A stretch of DNA of 64,000 bases from an uncultured Syntrophaceae bacterium (lineage in GTDB: Bacteria > Desulfobacterota > Desulfomonilia > Desulfomonilales > Desulfomonilaceae): NCBI GenBank assembly GCA_964628605.1, contig CAZVOU010000125.1:68120-132119 (forward strand). The letters run 5' to 3'. The number at the start of each line of letters is the position of its first letter. Positions within the stretch are counted from its first letter, which is position 1. A model generated the notes under the pieces. It did not search any database. It was given only the letters and a program-made list of their open reading frames with translations, and had not been told where the DNA came from. Shown in pieces: positions 9,775-18,811 of the stretch. The position numbers and the translations under genes are program-made.

Positions 9775-9955
9775 CTGGGATACGCCGTCAAGCGGCCGGG
9801 CTCACTAAAATTAAAGGCCGATCGAATAGTGGGTTCTCTTAAACGTTAGCTAGCGTTAATCCGGAGACTTTTTACTTTTTAATTATTGGGATCTCCGGAT
9901 CGTTTTTTTGAGTTCCCGTGCTAGTCATCGGCCTGACAAAATCAGTTTCGTTTGA

Positions 9956-11020
9956 TTAGAATATGAATCCTAGTTCAGCAAAACCGCCATCTATTGTGTA
10001 GTTTAGAGCGTAATCGTTTTGGTTTTTGTTGTTGTTGATATATCTGTATCCACCCTTGAGATAACCCCATCTGCCGTAGTTCATCGGGATGGTGTAACGA
10101 CCACCGAGTTGCACATCCCAGCCGGTCGAATTGTCCATGAACATCGCAGCGGCTCTGTTATCCAGGGAGAAGGTTCCTCCTGTTGACGTTGTCACTACAC
10201 ACTTCTGCAACTCCAGCCCTACTGACACATTGTCCGTGCTCTTGCTAAGCGTGCTTGCCTGCCATCCGCACCATGAGCATCCGACATCTACCCTGTCGTC
10301 GGTGTGCGCCCAGCCACCGTATACACTCAGCATAGTGTTGCAGGTTCTGATTGCGTCATACATCAAGCCCACTTGATAGTAGCCATGTTGCCAGCGTGAA
10401 GTGATAGGGTTACCCCAGTTGAATAGTTGTGGAGACCAACCACCACCCTGAAATCCGAAGTAGAAAGTGTCTTGTGGCCAGCCACCGCCCTTGAGTTCTG
10501 TGCCAAGCGCCCAGAATCTGAGTGACCAGCGCGGCCTGAACTGATAACGTACGTCTACCGCCGGCAGGGTCTGATAGGCAGGCAACTGAAGACTGTCGGT
10601 GAAATTCGGATTGGTGTTAAACCATCCCGCGCCCCACCAAAAATTGTTGTTCTGAAGATTCGGCCACGAAACGTTGCCGCGAAGCCTCGCAAACAGGGCT
10701 TGAACACCTATCTGCCATTGCCCGACCTGTGGGACAGGCAAGATGCAGGTTGGAGCTACAAATCCCGGAGCGCACATCGCTTGAACGGGAGCCTTGACTT
10801 TTGTTATGAAGGACGGAGGCGCCCCATAACTTGCAGCGCCTATGGAGCGCCTGGCTTTGGTTGGTTGAACAGTCGGCGTGGTCGCTATGCTCGTCTGATT
10901 CGGTTTGAGCAGTATTTCAAGCGACTCGTCAGGACCAGCTGCCCAAGAAACGTTTAAGAGACAGGTTGACACAAAAATAACTAGACATACCAACGGCGTA
11001 AAGGGACTTCTTCTCAACAT
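9956..11020 (-). CDS. putative outer-membrane beta-barrel protein (paralog A), Trp/Cys-rich
   Basis: 354 aa with signal peptide MLRRSPFTPLVCLVIFVSTCLLNVSWA and a C-terminal ...GGFAELGFIF (terminal Phe typical of BAM substrates). Strong SD (GGAGGAAGGG) before the ATG. Shares blocks with the ORF at 36780-37778. Confidence 0.7.
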   Translation of the reverse strand: MLRRSPFTPLVCLVIFVSTCLLNVSWAAGPDESLEILLKPNQTSIATTPTVQPTKARRSIGAASYGAPPSFITKVKAPVQAMCAPGFVAPTCILPVPQVGQWQIGVQALFARLRGNVSWPNLQNNNFWWGAGWFNTNPNFTDSLQLPAYQTLPAVDVRYQFRPRWSLRFWALGTELKGGGWPQDTFYFGFQGGGWSPQLFNWGNPITSRWQHGYYQVGLMYDAIRTCNTMLSVYGGWAHTDDRVDVGCSWCGWQASTLSKSTDNVSVGLELQKCVVTTSTGGTFSLDNRAAAMFMDNSTGWDVQLGGRYTIPMNYGRWGYLKGGYRYINNNKNQNDYALNYTIDGGFAELGFIF

Positions 11021-11381
11021 ACCCTTCCTCCCAGCTCAAAATGTTGAAACTCCTTTATCTGTTGGTTCGAATTCTGTCAAGCAAAAAATATAAGAGTTTT
11101 TCAATAGGTTAAAAATATTTCCAAGAAACAGGTCTATCAAACGACAAAGAAAATGACTATAACTATTTGTATTAACTAATATAAAACTTAATCTAAATGA
11201 TCACGGCTAGGGCTTCAGGATCTGTCATACGCGTCGGTTTGACATATCCTCAAAAATATATTATTGCTATCTAATTAATAACACACGCTATTTGGCTTTG
11301 AAGGCCACCGATAGCCTTAACCTCTAACATGATTTATTATTTTTAACATACTGGTATTATTAACTATAAAAGGCATAACAC

Positions 11382-12905
11382 ATGCTAATATTCCTAAATG
11401 ATGTAATGACCGTTTCATGGAGAAAGTCTGCATTGACCACTTTGAATGCGCGCGTAGGCAAAAACACACTCTCACGTATCTTATTGATCTCTCTAGTGTA
11501 TTTGTTGTGCGCTGATTCAGTTGGTCCCAACGCCTACGCGCAGGCTCCGCCTTTCAATCGTGAATTGAAGTTGATTCTGGATAAAGAGCTTCAATCGGAC
11601 ATGGTCGCTTCAGTACAGGTTTCCGAATTGGGCACTGGTCAGGTTCTGATGGAGACTAATCCTGATTTGGCCTTGGTTCCCGCATCGACAATGAAAGTTC
11701 TAACCAGCGCGTGCGCGCTTAGTTCTTTAGGACCCGAATTTTGTTACACGACCTCAGTTTTCGTAGATGGCCAAAAAGATTCGACTGTCGAGAACTTGTA
11801 CATTAGAGGCAGTGGCGACCCACATTTCGTAACAGAAGACCTTTTTGTCCTGGCGCGCATGATTAGGGACAAAGGGTTACTGGAAATTCGCGGTTCAATT
11901 TTTGTAGATGATTCTTTTTTCATGCCCAGTAAACCGTTGGATGAAAATGAAGAACTCGGTTTACGCGCATATCACGCGCCCTACAGCGCATTGTCTCTAA
12001 ACTTTAATTCTGTGAAAATATTAACGCTACCGGCGACAAGTGCTGGACTTCTTGCGCGTGTGACCCTGGATCCATCGAGTCAATTTTTAAGTTTGAAATC
12101 GAATGTCAGGACTATTGAGGGTTCAAGAGCGGCTCAGGTGGAAATTAACAAGACAACCGACGCTTCGGAGCGAGAGCACATATCGGTAACCGGATCCATA
12201 GGCATGGAGGCGCAGGTTCGCGGCAAGTACGTGAATGTGTCCAACCCGGCCCTCTATTTTGGATATACCTTGAAGGAATTTCTTCAGCGAGAAGGAATCA
12301 AGGTGAACGGATCGATCAAGAGATCGTTGACGCCACCTTCGGTCTCGCCGTTATGCGAATACACGTCCAAACCTATGGGTCTGATAGTCTACTGGTTAAA
12401 TAAATTCAGCAACAACTTCATGGCTGAACAGATTTGCCTGACTGTTGGAGCAAAGGCATTTGGCGCGCCCGGAACCAGAGAGAAAGGCCTGGAAGCCCTC
12501 AAGCGTTTTCTGGTCGCCTGTGGTGTTAAGGAAACATCTTTTTCGCTGTCAGACGCTTCCGGACTATCCAGGGCCAACAAAATAAGCGCATCGGCGATGG
12601 TGAAAGTTCTCCAGACGGCGGTAGGAGATTTCAGTTATGGCCCTGAATATTTGTCCTCATTTGCTGTTTCCGGCGTAGATGGAACTTTGAAAGAAAAATT
12701 TAATGAGGAGGGAATGCGTAGGAGGGTCAGGGCAAAAACCGGAACTCTCAGGGGGGTGAGCGCGTTGGCGGGTTTTGGTGTAAGCAGGGAAGGAAAGATT
12801 CTGGCATTTTCGGTCATCGTGAATTCCGAAAAACCAAAAGGTTTCATTGATCAGGCCGAGAAAATAACTCGAGCAATTCTAAAGACAAGATTTGAAAAGA
12901 AATAG
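11382..12905 (+). CDS. dacB: D-alanyl-D-alanine carboxypeptidase/endopeptidase (PBP4, peptidase S13)
   Basis: SxxK (ASTMKVLTS), SGDP and KTGT (AKTGTLRGV) motifs, with a hydrophobic N-terminal signal/anchor. The exact start is uncertain (ATG 11382 or 11406). Confidence 0.85.
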   Translation: MLIFLNDVMTVSWRKSALTTLNARVGKNTLSRILLISLVYLLCADSVGPNAYAQAPPFNRELKLILDKELQSDMVASVQVSELGTGQVLMETNPDLALVPASTMKVLTSACALSSLGPEFCYTTSVFVDGQKDSTVENLYIRGSGDPHFVTEDLFVLARMIRDKGLLEIRGSIFVDDSFFMPSKPLDENEELGLRAYHAPYSALSLNFNSVKILTLPATSAGLLARVTLDPSSQFLSLKSNVRTIEGSRAAQVEINKTTDASEREHISVTGSIGMEAQVRGKYVNVSNPALYFGYTLKEFLQREGIKVNGSIKRSLTPPSVSPLCEYTSKPMGLIVYWLNKFSNNFMAEQICLTVGAKAFGAPGTREKGLEALKRFLVACGVKETSFSLSDASGLSRANKISASAMVKVLQTAVGDFSYGPEYLSSFAVSGVDGTLKEKFNEEGMRRRVRAKTGTLRGVSALAGFGVSREGKILAFSVIVNSEKPKGFIDQAEKITRAILKTRFEKK

Positions 12906-12925
12906 AGCAGTCAATTTGACTGCTC
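12905..12925. terminator. hairpin between convergent dacB and gltX
   Basis: GAGCAGTC-aattt-GACTGCTC (8-bp stem) lies directly after the dacB stop and 30 nt after the gltX stop. There is no strong T-run on either side. Confidence 0.4.
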
Positions 12926-12956
12926 TGTAGAAATCATGCGGGGAGGACGCCCGTTA

Positions 12957-14459
12957 TCAGTTGATCAGACTGGTTGCCGATCTGAGCCTGTTTACCACTC
13001 TGGCTTTTCCCACTATTTCAAGTAACTCAAACAGTCCAGGACCCACCGATGAACCTGAAACCGCTGTTCGGGCCGCGTTTATTATCAAGCCCGCCTTTAT
13101 TTCATTGTGCTCTGCAAAATTCCTGAAGACCGCCTCGAGAGATTCAGGTTCATAGTCCTCGAGTTTTTCTATATCATCAGCTAACCTTGGAAGGAAAATT
13201 GCCAGTCGCTCGTCGCATTTGAGATTTTTCTTTACCGCTTTTTCATCATATTCAAATTCATCGCTAAAATATGCCCTTCCCCGAGTAGAAAAATCCTCTA
13301 ATGTCAAAAATCGTGACCTTATGAGGTCAACTGTTTTTTCAAACCATTCTTTATTTTCGGATTCATAAGAATCTAGCCACAGGTTGGAGCGCAAAAGTTC
13401 TTCTTTGAGATAGGGAATCAATTCTTCTACTGGCATGTTCCTCAAATAACTGGAATTAAAATGTATCGCTTTCGGATCGGTCCAGTTTTTGGGGTCCCCA
13501 GGAGTATAATTGAATATCGAATTGGCCTTGTTTATACGATTAAGATCAAAAACCCTTGTCAGTTCCTCCCTGGAGAAAAACTCCTGTCCTTCGGGACCGG
13601 ACCAACCCAGTAACGCCATGAAATTGCAAAGCGCCCATGGTAGAAAACCGCGACTTTTGTAATATGCTATGGTGACTGCTTCACCGTGAACTCTTTTGGA
13701 GAGTTTGGCTTTTTTGTTGTCAAGCGTAAGTGGCATGTGCGCAAAAACCGGGGGCTTCACTCCAAGGGCCTCATAAATGAGGACCTGTTTTGGGGTGTTG
13801 GCCAAACCGTCTGCGCCGCGGATGACATGAGAAATCTTGTCCAGTGAGTCATCAACCGCATTCGACAATATGTATAAGGGCGAACCGTCAGATCGTAATA
13901 CAACAAAATCTTCGATATCCACGGCCTTTTTTTCCATGCGGCCATAAACAGCGTCATCAAAAACGACTTTCGTTTCAGCATCTCTGGGGACTTTGAATCT
14001 CACTACGAAAGGTTCATCCTTCTTGAGCCTGGATTGTATCTCCTCATCACTCAAGTCGCGGCATCTACCATCGTACATGAAAGCCGTTTTTTTGTCTTCG
14101 GCTTCTTTGCGTTGGCCTTCAAGGTCTTCTTTTGAGCAAAAACATCTGTAAGCATGGCCACTAGCCAGGAGTTTCGATGCAGCTTCAACATGTTTTTCCA
14201 GATTGTGCGATTGAAAATACGGACCTTCGTCCCAATCCAGTCCCAACCATTTCAATCCATCGAGAATCTCCTGAACCGATTCCGCAGTTGAACGCTCTGC
14301 ATCTGTGTCTTCTATCCTGAGTATGAAAACCCCATTGTTTTTTCTGGCCCATAGCCAGTTATACAGGGCGGTTCTAGCCCCTCCCAGATGAAGGTACCCT
14401 GTTGGTGAGGGAGCAAAACGAACTCGTGTCTGTAACAAAGTTTCTTTTTGATCATTCAT
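12957..14459 (-). CDS. gltX: glutamyl-tRNA synthetase
   Basis: HIGH-type motif (PSPTGYLHLGGART) and KLSKR, 500 aa, GluRS-like throughout. Confidence 0.95.
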   Translation of the reverse strand: MNDQKETLLQTRVRFAPSPTGYLHLGGARTALYNWLWARKNNGVFILRIEDTDAERSTAESVQEILDGLKWLGLDWDEGPYFQSHNLEKHVEAASKLLASGHAYRCFCSKEDLEGQRKEAEDKKTAFMYDGRCRDLSDEEIQSRLKKDEPFVVRFKVPRDAETKVVFDDAVYGRMEKKAVDIEDFVVLRSDGSPLYILSNAVDDSLDKISHVIRGADGLANTPKQVLIYEALGVKPPVFAHMPLTLDNKKAKLSKRVHGEAVTIAYYKSRGFLPWALCNFMALLGWSGPEGQEFFSREELTRVFDLNRINKANSIFNYTPGDPKNWTDPKAIHFNSSYLRNMPVEELIPYLKEELLRSNLWLDSYESENKEWFEKTVDLIRSRFLTLEDFSTRGRAYFSDEFEYDEKAVKKNLKCDERLAIFLPRLADDIEKLEDYEPESLEAVFRNFAEHNEIKAGLIINAARTAVSGSSVGPGLFELLEIVGKARVVNRLRSATSLIN

Positions 14460-14470
14460 GAGATGAAATT

Positions 14471-15109
14471 TTACACTCCAGCCTTAGGATCTAATATTAT
14501 CACCGGTATTTTCGATATGTTTTTCAATTTTGCCCGATCGTCAAGAGACCCTACAATGTCTCCGCAGTGCATTGGAACAACATATTCAGATTGTAACCTG
14601 GAAGTTGCTTCCGCAGCCTGTTCAACTGTCATGGTGTAGGTGCCGCCGACTGGAAGCAATGCCACGTTGGCTTTGATTTCAGCCATTTCCGGGATCGTAT
14701 CCGTGTCACCACTATGATAAATCCTGATGCCGTCGACTTCAACGACGTAGCCGACCCAGCCATTTTTCTTTGGATGGAAATCTTTGTCTGTATTGTACGC
14801 CGGGTAAGCCTCCACAGTGACCTCCCCGATTTTAAGTGATTGACCAGGCCTGATCTCCCTGAAAGAAGACCCAAAATCTGCTTTGCAATCGGCTGGCCCC
14901 ACGATCACTGTAGACGGTTTGCGAATTAGCGCTATGTCGTCAAGTGACAGGTGATCAAAATGACTGTGAGTAATGCAAATCAGGTCCGCAGGCTTCGGAT
15001 TCTTCAGCTTCCACGGATCGATGTAAATTGTTGTTTTTTCGCCATCAATTCTGAAGCTTGCGTGACCAAGCCACACCACTTTTTCTCTGATGGAAGGTTC
15101 TAGGGTCAT
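14471..15109 (-). CDS. MBL-fold metallo-hydrolase
   Basis: HxHxDH motif (ITHSHFDHL). Start set to ATG 15109 (MTLEPSIREKVVWLGHASF...) with GGGGAG upstream; the track extension to 15247 is not supported. Sits 12 nt upstream of gltX on the same strand. Confidence 0.8.
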   Translation of the reverse strand: MTLEPSIREKVVWLGHASFRIDGEKTTIYIDPWKLKNPKPADLICITHSHFDHLSLDDIALIRKPSTVIVGPADCKADFGSSFREIRPGQSLKIGEVTVEAYPAYNTDKDFHPKKNGWVGYVVEVDGIRIYHSGDTDTIPEMAEIKANVALLPVGGTYTMTVEQAAEATSRLQSEYVVPMHCGDIVGSLDDRAKLKNISKIPVIILDPKAGV

Positions 15110-15611
15110 AGGAAATTTCTCCCCTTGGTTATCTTTCAAAACTTTGCACGTTCGTGAAACCCGCTCTTCTAGGACTGCTCCAACAGAACATCGATTTCGG
15201 CAAGAAAAAATGAACGGCTTGCCGACCAATGAGTCGCAACTGCTCACAACCTGAACGCATGGTTACGAAGTGGCGGCATCATCCCGATCGGGATCATAAC
15301 GCTGAATTTACCGGCGCCCGGTGATGCCGTTTCCCAAAAGAGTGTCCATTAACGCAAAAATGTCATGAGAATCTTTTGCGGCTCTTGAACACCTTCGCTT
15401 TTGTCCATCGATAAAAAACCCATCAGACGGGCTTATCGGGATGTCCTGGCCGTTACCTGACGGGGTTCAAAAATACCAGAGTTTAGTATATAGTAACCTT
15501 GGTTTGTTGGAAATAAAATTCACTCGATGTTGTTGGGAACTACCAAAATTATTCTGATTTCGGGCATTAAGTGTTTCAGGTTTTTTCTGATTGGAAAGGG
15601 GATAGACAAGA

Positions 15612-16295
15612 ATGCGGGCTGCTATTAGCTCACTGTTCAGGTTCTTTTTGACCGGAATTGCTACCTTGCTTCCATTCATAGTGACTATTTTTGTGGTGAG
15701 TTGGATGGTCAAGATAGCTGACGCCTATGTCGGCCCCAGCAGCCCGTTTGGTCATTTTCTGGCCACGATAGTCAATCCCGAATACAAAATTCCCGGTTAC
15801 TTTGGCGGATATCTTGTGGTGGTTCTTCTCATAATCATTCTGGGGGTTTTGGTAACAAGGGCCACGGTAGCAAAATTACACAAGGCCATCAGGGGAATAA
15901 TGTCACGGATCCCGCTCGTAGGTAAAATCTATTCCGCTGTGGACCAGGCCGTTGATCTTTTTGGCCAAAAAGGAAACTCTGGATTGGAGAAATTCGGTGG
16001 AGTCGGACAGGTTCGCTTCGGAAATGTCACGGCTTTGTGCCTGTTGACATCCGGCGAACACTACGTGATGGCGGACGGTAAAGAGCATGTTCTTGTTTTC
16101 ATCCCTAATTCACCAATACCTGCAACAGGTTTTAACGTGTTGGTCCCACTCGAAGATTTTGCCCCACTGGACATGCCAATAGAGGATCTTTTAAAACTTC
16201 TGATGTCGCTTGGGTTGCTGGGTCCCCAAGCTTTGGCGTCAAGAATTACCGAGTTCCATCTTCCTTCAATTTCAAATCAAAAACCGGTAAAATAA
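15612..16295 (+). CDS. DUF502 family membrane protein
   Basis: 227 aa with two N-terminal TM helices, the IPLVGKIYSAVDQ motif and FIPNSPIPATGFNVLVP, all characteristic of DUF502. Confidence 0.75.
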   Translation: MRAAISSLFRFFLTGIATLLPFIVTIFVVSWMVKIADAYVGPSSPFGHFLATIVNPEYKIPGYFGGYLVVVLLIIILGVLVTRATVAKLHKAIRGIMSRIPLVGKIYSAVDQAVDLFGQKGNSGLEKFGGVGQVRFGNVTALCLLTSGEHYVMADGKEHVLVFIPNSPIPATGFNVLVPLEDFAPLDMPIEDLLKLLMSLGLLGPQALASRITEFHLPSISNQKPVK

Positions 16296-16379
16296 TCAAA
16301 AGCCTTTTGGTAAATCCTGATTTTGTGTATTATCCGGACTCCTTGTTTTCCTTTTGCAGGGCTAATTAACGGAGTCTTG

Positions 16380-17582
16380 ATGAAATTAAACCGAAAACTT
16401 ATTCTTGTTTCGATGCTTTACTTTGCAGAAGGTCTTCCTTTTGGAATTATTGAACAGACTTTTCCGGTATATTTCAGAATTAAGGGGATGAGCCTTGTAG
16501 ATATGGGACTGCTGAGTCTGGTCGGCATTCCCTACGCTCTTAAATTTCTCTGGGCTCCGGCCATCGATTTTGTTGGCGCCCGGCGGCACTGGATATCAGC
16601 GGCACAACTACTAATGGCCGCCTCAATCATTGTTCTTTTACCACTGGATCCGGCAGCTCCTACCACTCTATTCTGGGTGATGCTGGTAACGTTCGCCGTT
16701 CTTTCCGCCAGTCAGGATATCGCAATAGACGCTTATACGATTGAATTGCTGAACGCATCCGAGATGGGCATGGCCAACGGTTTCAGACAGGCGGCCTACA
16801 GGGTGGCTCTGGTGCTGTCGGGTGGTCTTTTTATAGCCTTAGGCGGGTGGATGGGCTGGAAATTCACCTACTTCATAGCCGCAGGAATTCTGGCGGTCTG
16901 CGGTTTGATCTCTTTGTACCTACCTCATATTGAGGTGCAAAGACCCAGATTCTCAATCAACTCTCTAGTAGCCCCAATTCAGGATTTGCTGAAAAGACCC
17001 GGGGTCATTCAGGTGGCCTGTTTCATATTGCTGTTCAAGCTGGGAGACCTGGCCATCGGCCCCATGGTCAGGCCGTTTTGGCTGGACCAGGGACTCACCA
17101 CGACGGAAATAGGATTAATTACCGGAACCATAGGAGTGTTTGCAGGAATAGCTGGAGCCCTTGCCGGGGGAGTTTACATTACGCGTCGCGGTATATACCG
17201 TGGGCTATGGGTTCTCGGTCTATGGCAATCCCTGAGTAACCTGTCTTACTCTTTTATTGCCGCCTATCCAGGGTTTGGGGCTTATGGTATATACTTGGCA
17301 TCTTTTTTTGAGTCTTTTTGCGGGGGATTGGGAACATCGGCTTTTCTCGCTTTCCTGATGAGTATCTGCAAGAAAGAATTTTCAGCAACCCAATACGCCC
17401 TGTTATCTGCTCTGTTCAGGATTTCGGGAACAATTGCCGCCTCGTCAAGTGGTTGGGTGACTCAGGACATCGGCTACGCGTATTATTTTACCTGGACCTT
17501 CATCCTTTCCATACCGGCCTTTCTTTTCATTCCGTACACCAAGGTATGGATACCTGATGAAGCCAAAATGGCCCCGTCATAA
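16380..17582 (+). CDS. ampG: AmpG-family MFS permease (muropeptide transporter-like)
   Basis: Multi-TM MFS protein with the AmpG-type N-terminal motif LYFAEGLPFGII. Start set to ATG 16380 (MKLNRKLILV) with GGAG at 16371-74. Confidence 0.78.
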   Translation: MKLNRKLILVSMLYFAEGLPFGIIEQTFPVYFRIKGMSLVDMGLLSLVGIPYALKFLWAPAIDFVGARRHWISAAQLLMAASIIVLLPLDPAAPTTLFWVMLVTFAVLSASQDIAIDAYTIELLNASEMGMANGFRQAAYRVALVLSGGLFIALGGWMGWKFTYFIAAGILAVCGLISLYLPHIEVQRPRFSINSLVAPIQDLLKRPGVIQVACFILLFKLGDLAIGPMVRPFWLDQGLTTTEIGLITGTIGVFAGIAGALAGGVYITRRGIYRGLWVLGLWQSLSNLSYSFIAAYPGFGAYGIYLASFFESFCGGLGTSAFLAFLMSICKKEFSATQYALLSALFRISGTIAASSSGWVTQDIGYAYYFTWTFILSIPAFLFIPYTKVWIPDEAKMAPS

Positions 17583-17628
17583 TTCTTGAGTCAATAAAAT
17601 GATCTGAACGATTTTTTTCTTAAGTCTT

Positions 17629-18780
17629 TTAGCCGAGGTGTCGCAGTCCTTCCCCTATGGGCAATCGACTGACGCGGATAGCTGGAGGCAAGGCGGCCAG
17701 CAATCCCACTCCAATGGAAACACCCAGGATAAGCGCAACAGTATTGTTGCTCACCTCAAACACCGGTAAAAAAGATTTCAGTTGGGCCTGAAACAGGGCG
17801 CCACCCGGAAAAGTCATGGCAGTTCCCAGAAGACCGCCAGCCAATGCCAGAGCGACCGATTCACCGCATATAAGACCAAAAATGAACAAGGGGCCGAACC
17901 CCAGTGTTTTCAGGACTGCAAACTCGGCGGACCGCTCACGGGCCGTCATGGCCATGGTATTGGCCAAGACTATCAGGATGATTCCTATGACCACGAATGA
18001 TATTATTTGCACAGCCCCAATTATCGCCTCCGTCATAGAAACAAAACCCATTTGAAAAGCCTTCTCAGTCTCTGTCAGAGTCTCCGCCAGGGAATTTTTG
18101 AACAGAGTGTCAACTTCCTGAGCTATTTCAGGCGCCTTATCGGGATCCTTTACTTTTATCATGTACCATCCTGCCTTGTTGGCCCGATCAGGTGAGCTTT
18201 TCTTAAGCGCTTCGTTCAGAAAATCATAACGAAAGAAAAATGCGGATTCATCAGTATTTTTTTGAGCCCCTTTATATATTCCGGCTAGCACAAGCTCTAT
18301 TTTACCTGGGTAAATGGTCCCTTCCAGTGGAATCACATCCCCTATTTTCCATCCAAACCTATCCACCAGGCTTTGCCCGGCTATTGCAGAATTTCGGTCC
18401 TTCTCGAATGCTTTTTTTTCTTCTGAGGTGAGCAAGAACTCAGGGTACATGTCCAGGTATTCAAGGCCGTTTATGGCAAACTGGGCAAAAAAATTCTTCT
18501 TATCTTTGTAGATTCCGCCGTACCAAAGCCCGTAGCCTACTCCACTGACTCCGCTGACCTGGGATATCTTGTTGCGATATGACAGGGGCAGGGAGTAAAT
18601 CAGAGATATCTTGTTTCTTGTGACCAGTCGATTGACAGATGATGTCTCAACCCCGATATACCAGGCTCCTATAAGGGTCCTCAAAATGCCAAAAGCCAAC
18701 ATGGCTATGGCCACCCCCAGGAGAGTCAGTCCTGATCTCAGTCTACTTCTAAATACATTTCTCAATATCAGTTTGAACAA
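17629..18780 (-). CDS. FtsX/MacB-type ABC transporter permease (no cognate ATPase gene in the window)
   Basis: 383 aa with an N-terminal TM (LTLLGVAIAMLAFGIL), a roughly 230-aa periplasmic domain and a C-terminal three-TM FtsX domain (ERSAEFAVLKTLGF). TTG start. Confidence 0.85.
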   Translation of the reverse strand: MFKLILRNVFRSRLRSGLTLLGVAIAMLAFGILRTLIGAWYIGVETSSVNRLVTRNKISLIYSLPLSYRNKISQVSGVSGVGYGLWYGGIYKDKKNFFAQFAINGLEYLDMYPEFLLTSEEKKAFEKDRNSAIAGQSLVDRFGWKIGDVIPLEGTIYPGKIELVLAGIYKGAQKNTDESAFFFRYDFLNEALKKSSPDRANKAGWYMIKVKDPDKAPEIAQEVDTLFKNSLAETLTETEKAFQMGFVSMTEAIIGAVQIISFVVIGIILIVLANTMAMTARERSAEFAVLKTLGFGPLFIFGLICGESVALALAGGLLGTAMTFPGGALFQAQLKSFLPVFEVSNNTVALILGVSIGVGLLAALPPAIRVSRLPIGEGLRHLG

Positions 18781-18811
18781 ATTCTTCTTCGCTCGTCAGG
18801 TTGGCGTTTAT

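Noticed and set aside
11064-11074. GGTTCGAATTC, which resembles a tRNA T-arm.
   Set aside because: No acceptor, D or anticodon stems can be drawn around it. It lies in the OMP promoter region. I found no tRNA, rRNA, tmRNA, SRP RNA or RNase P signature in any intergenic gap that I read.
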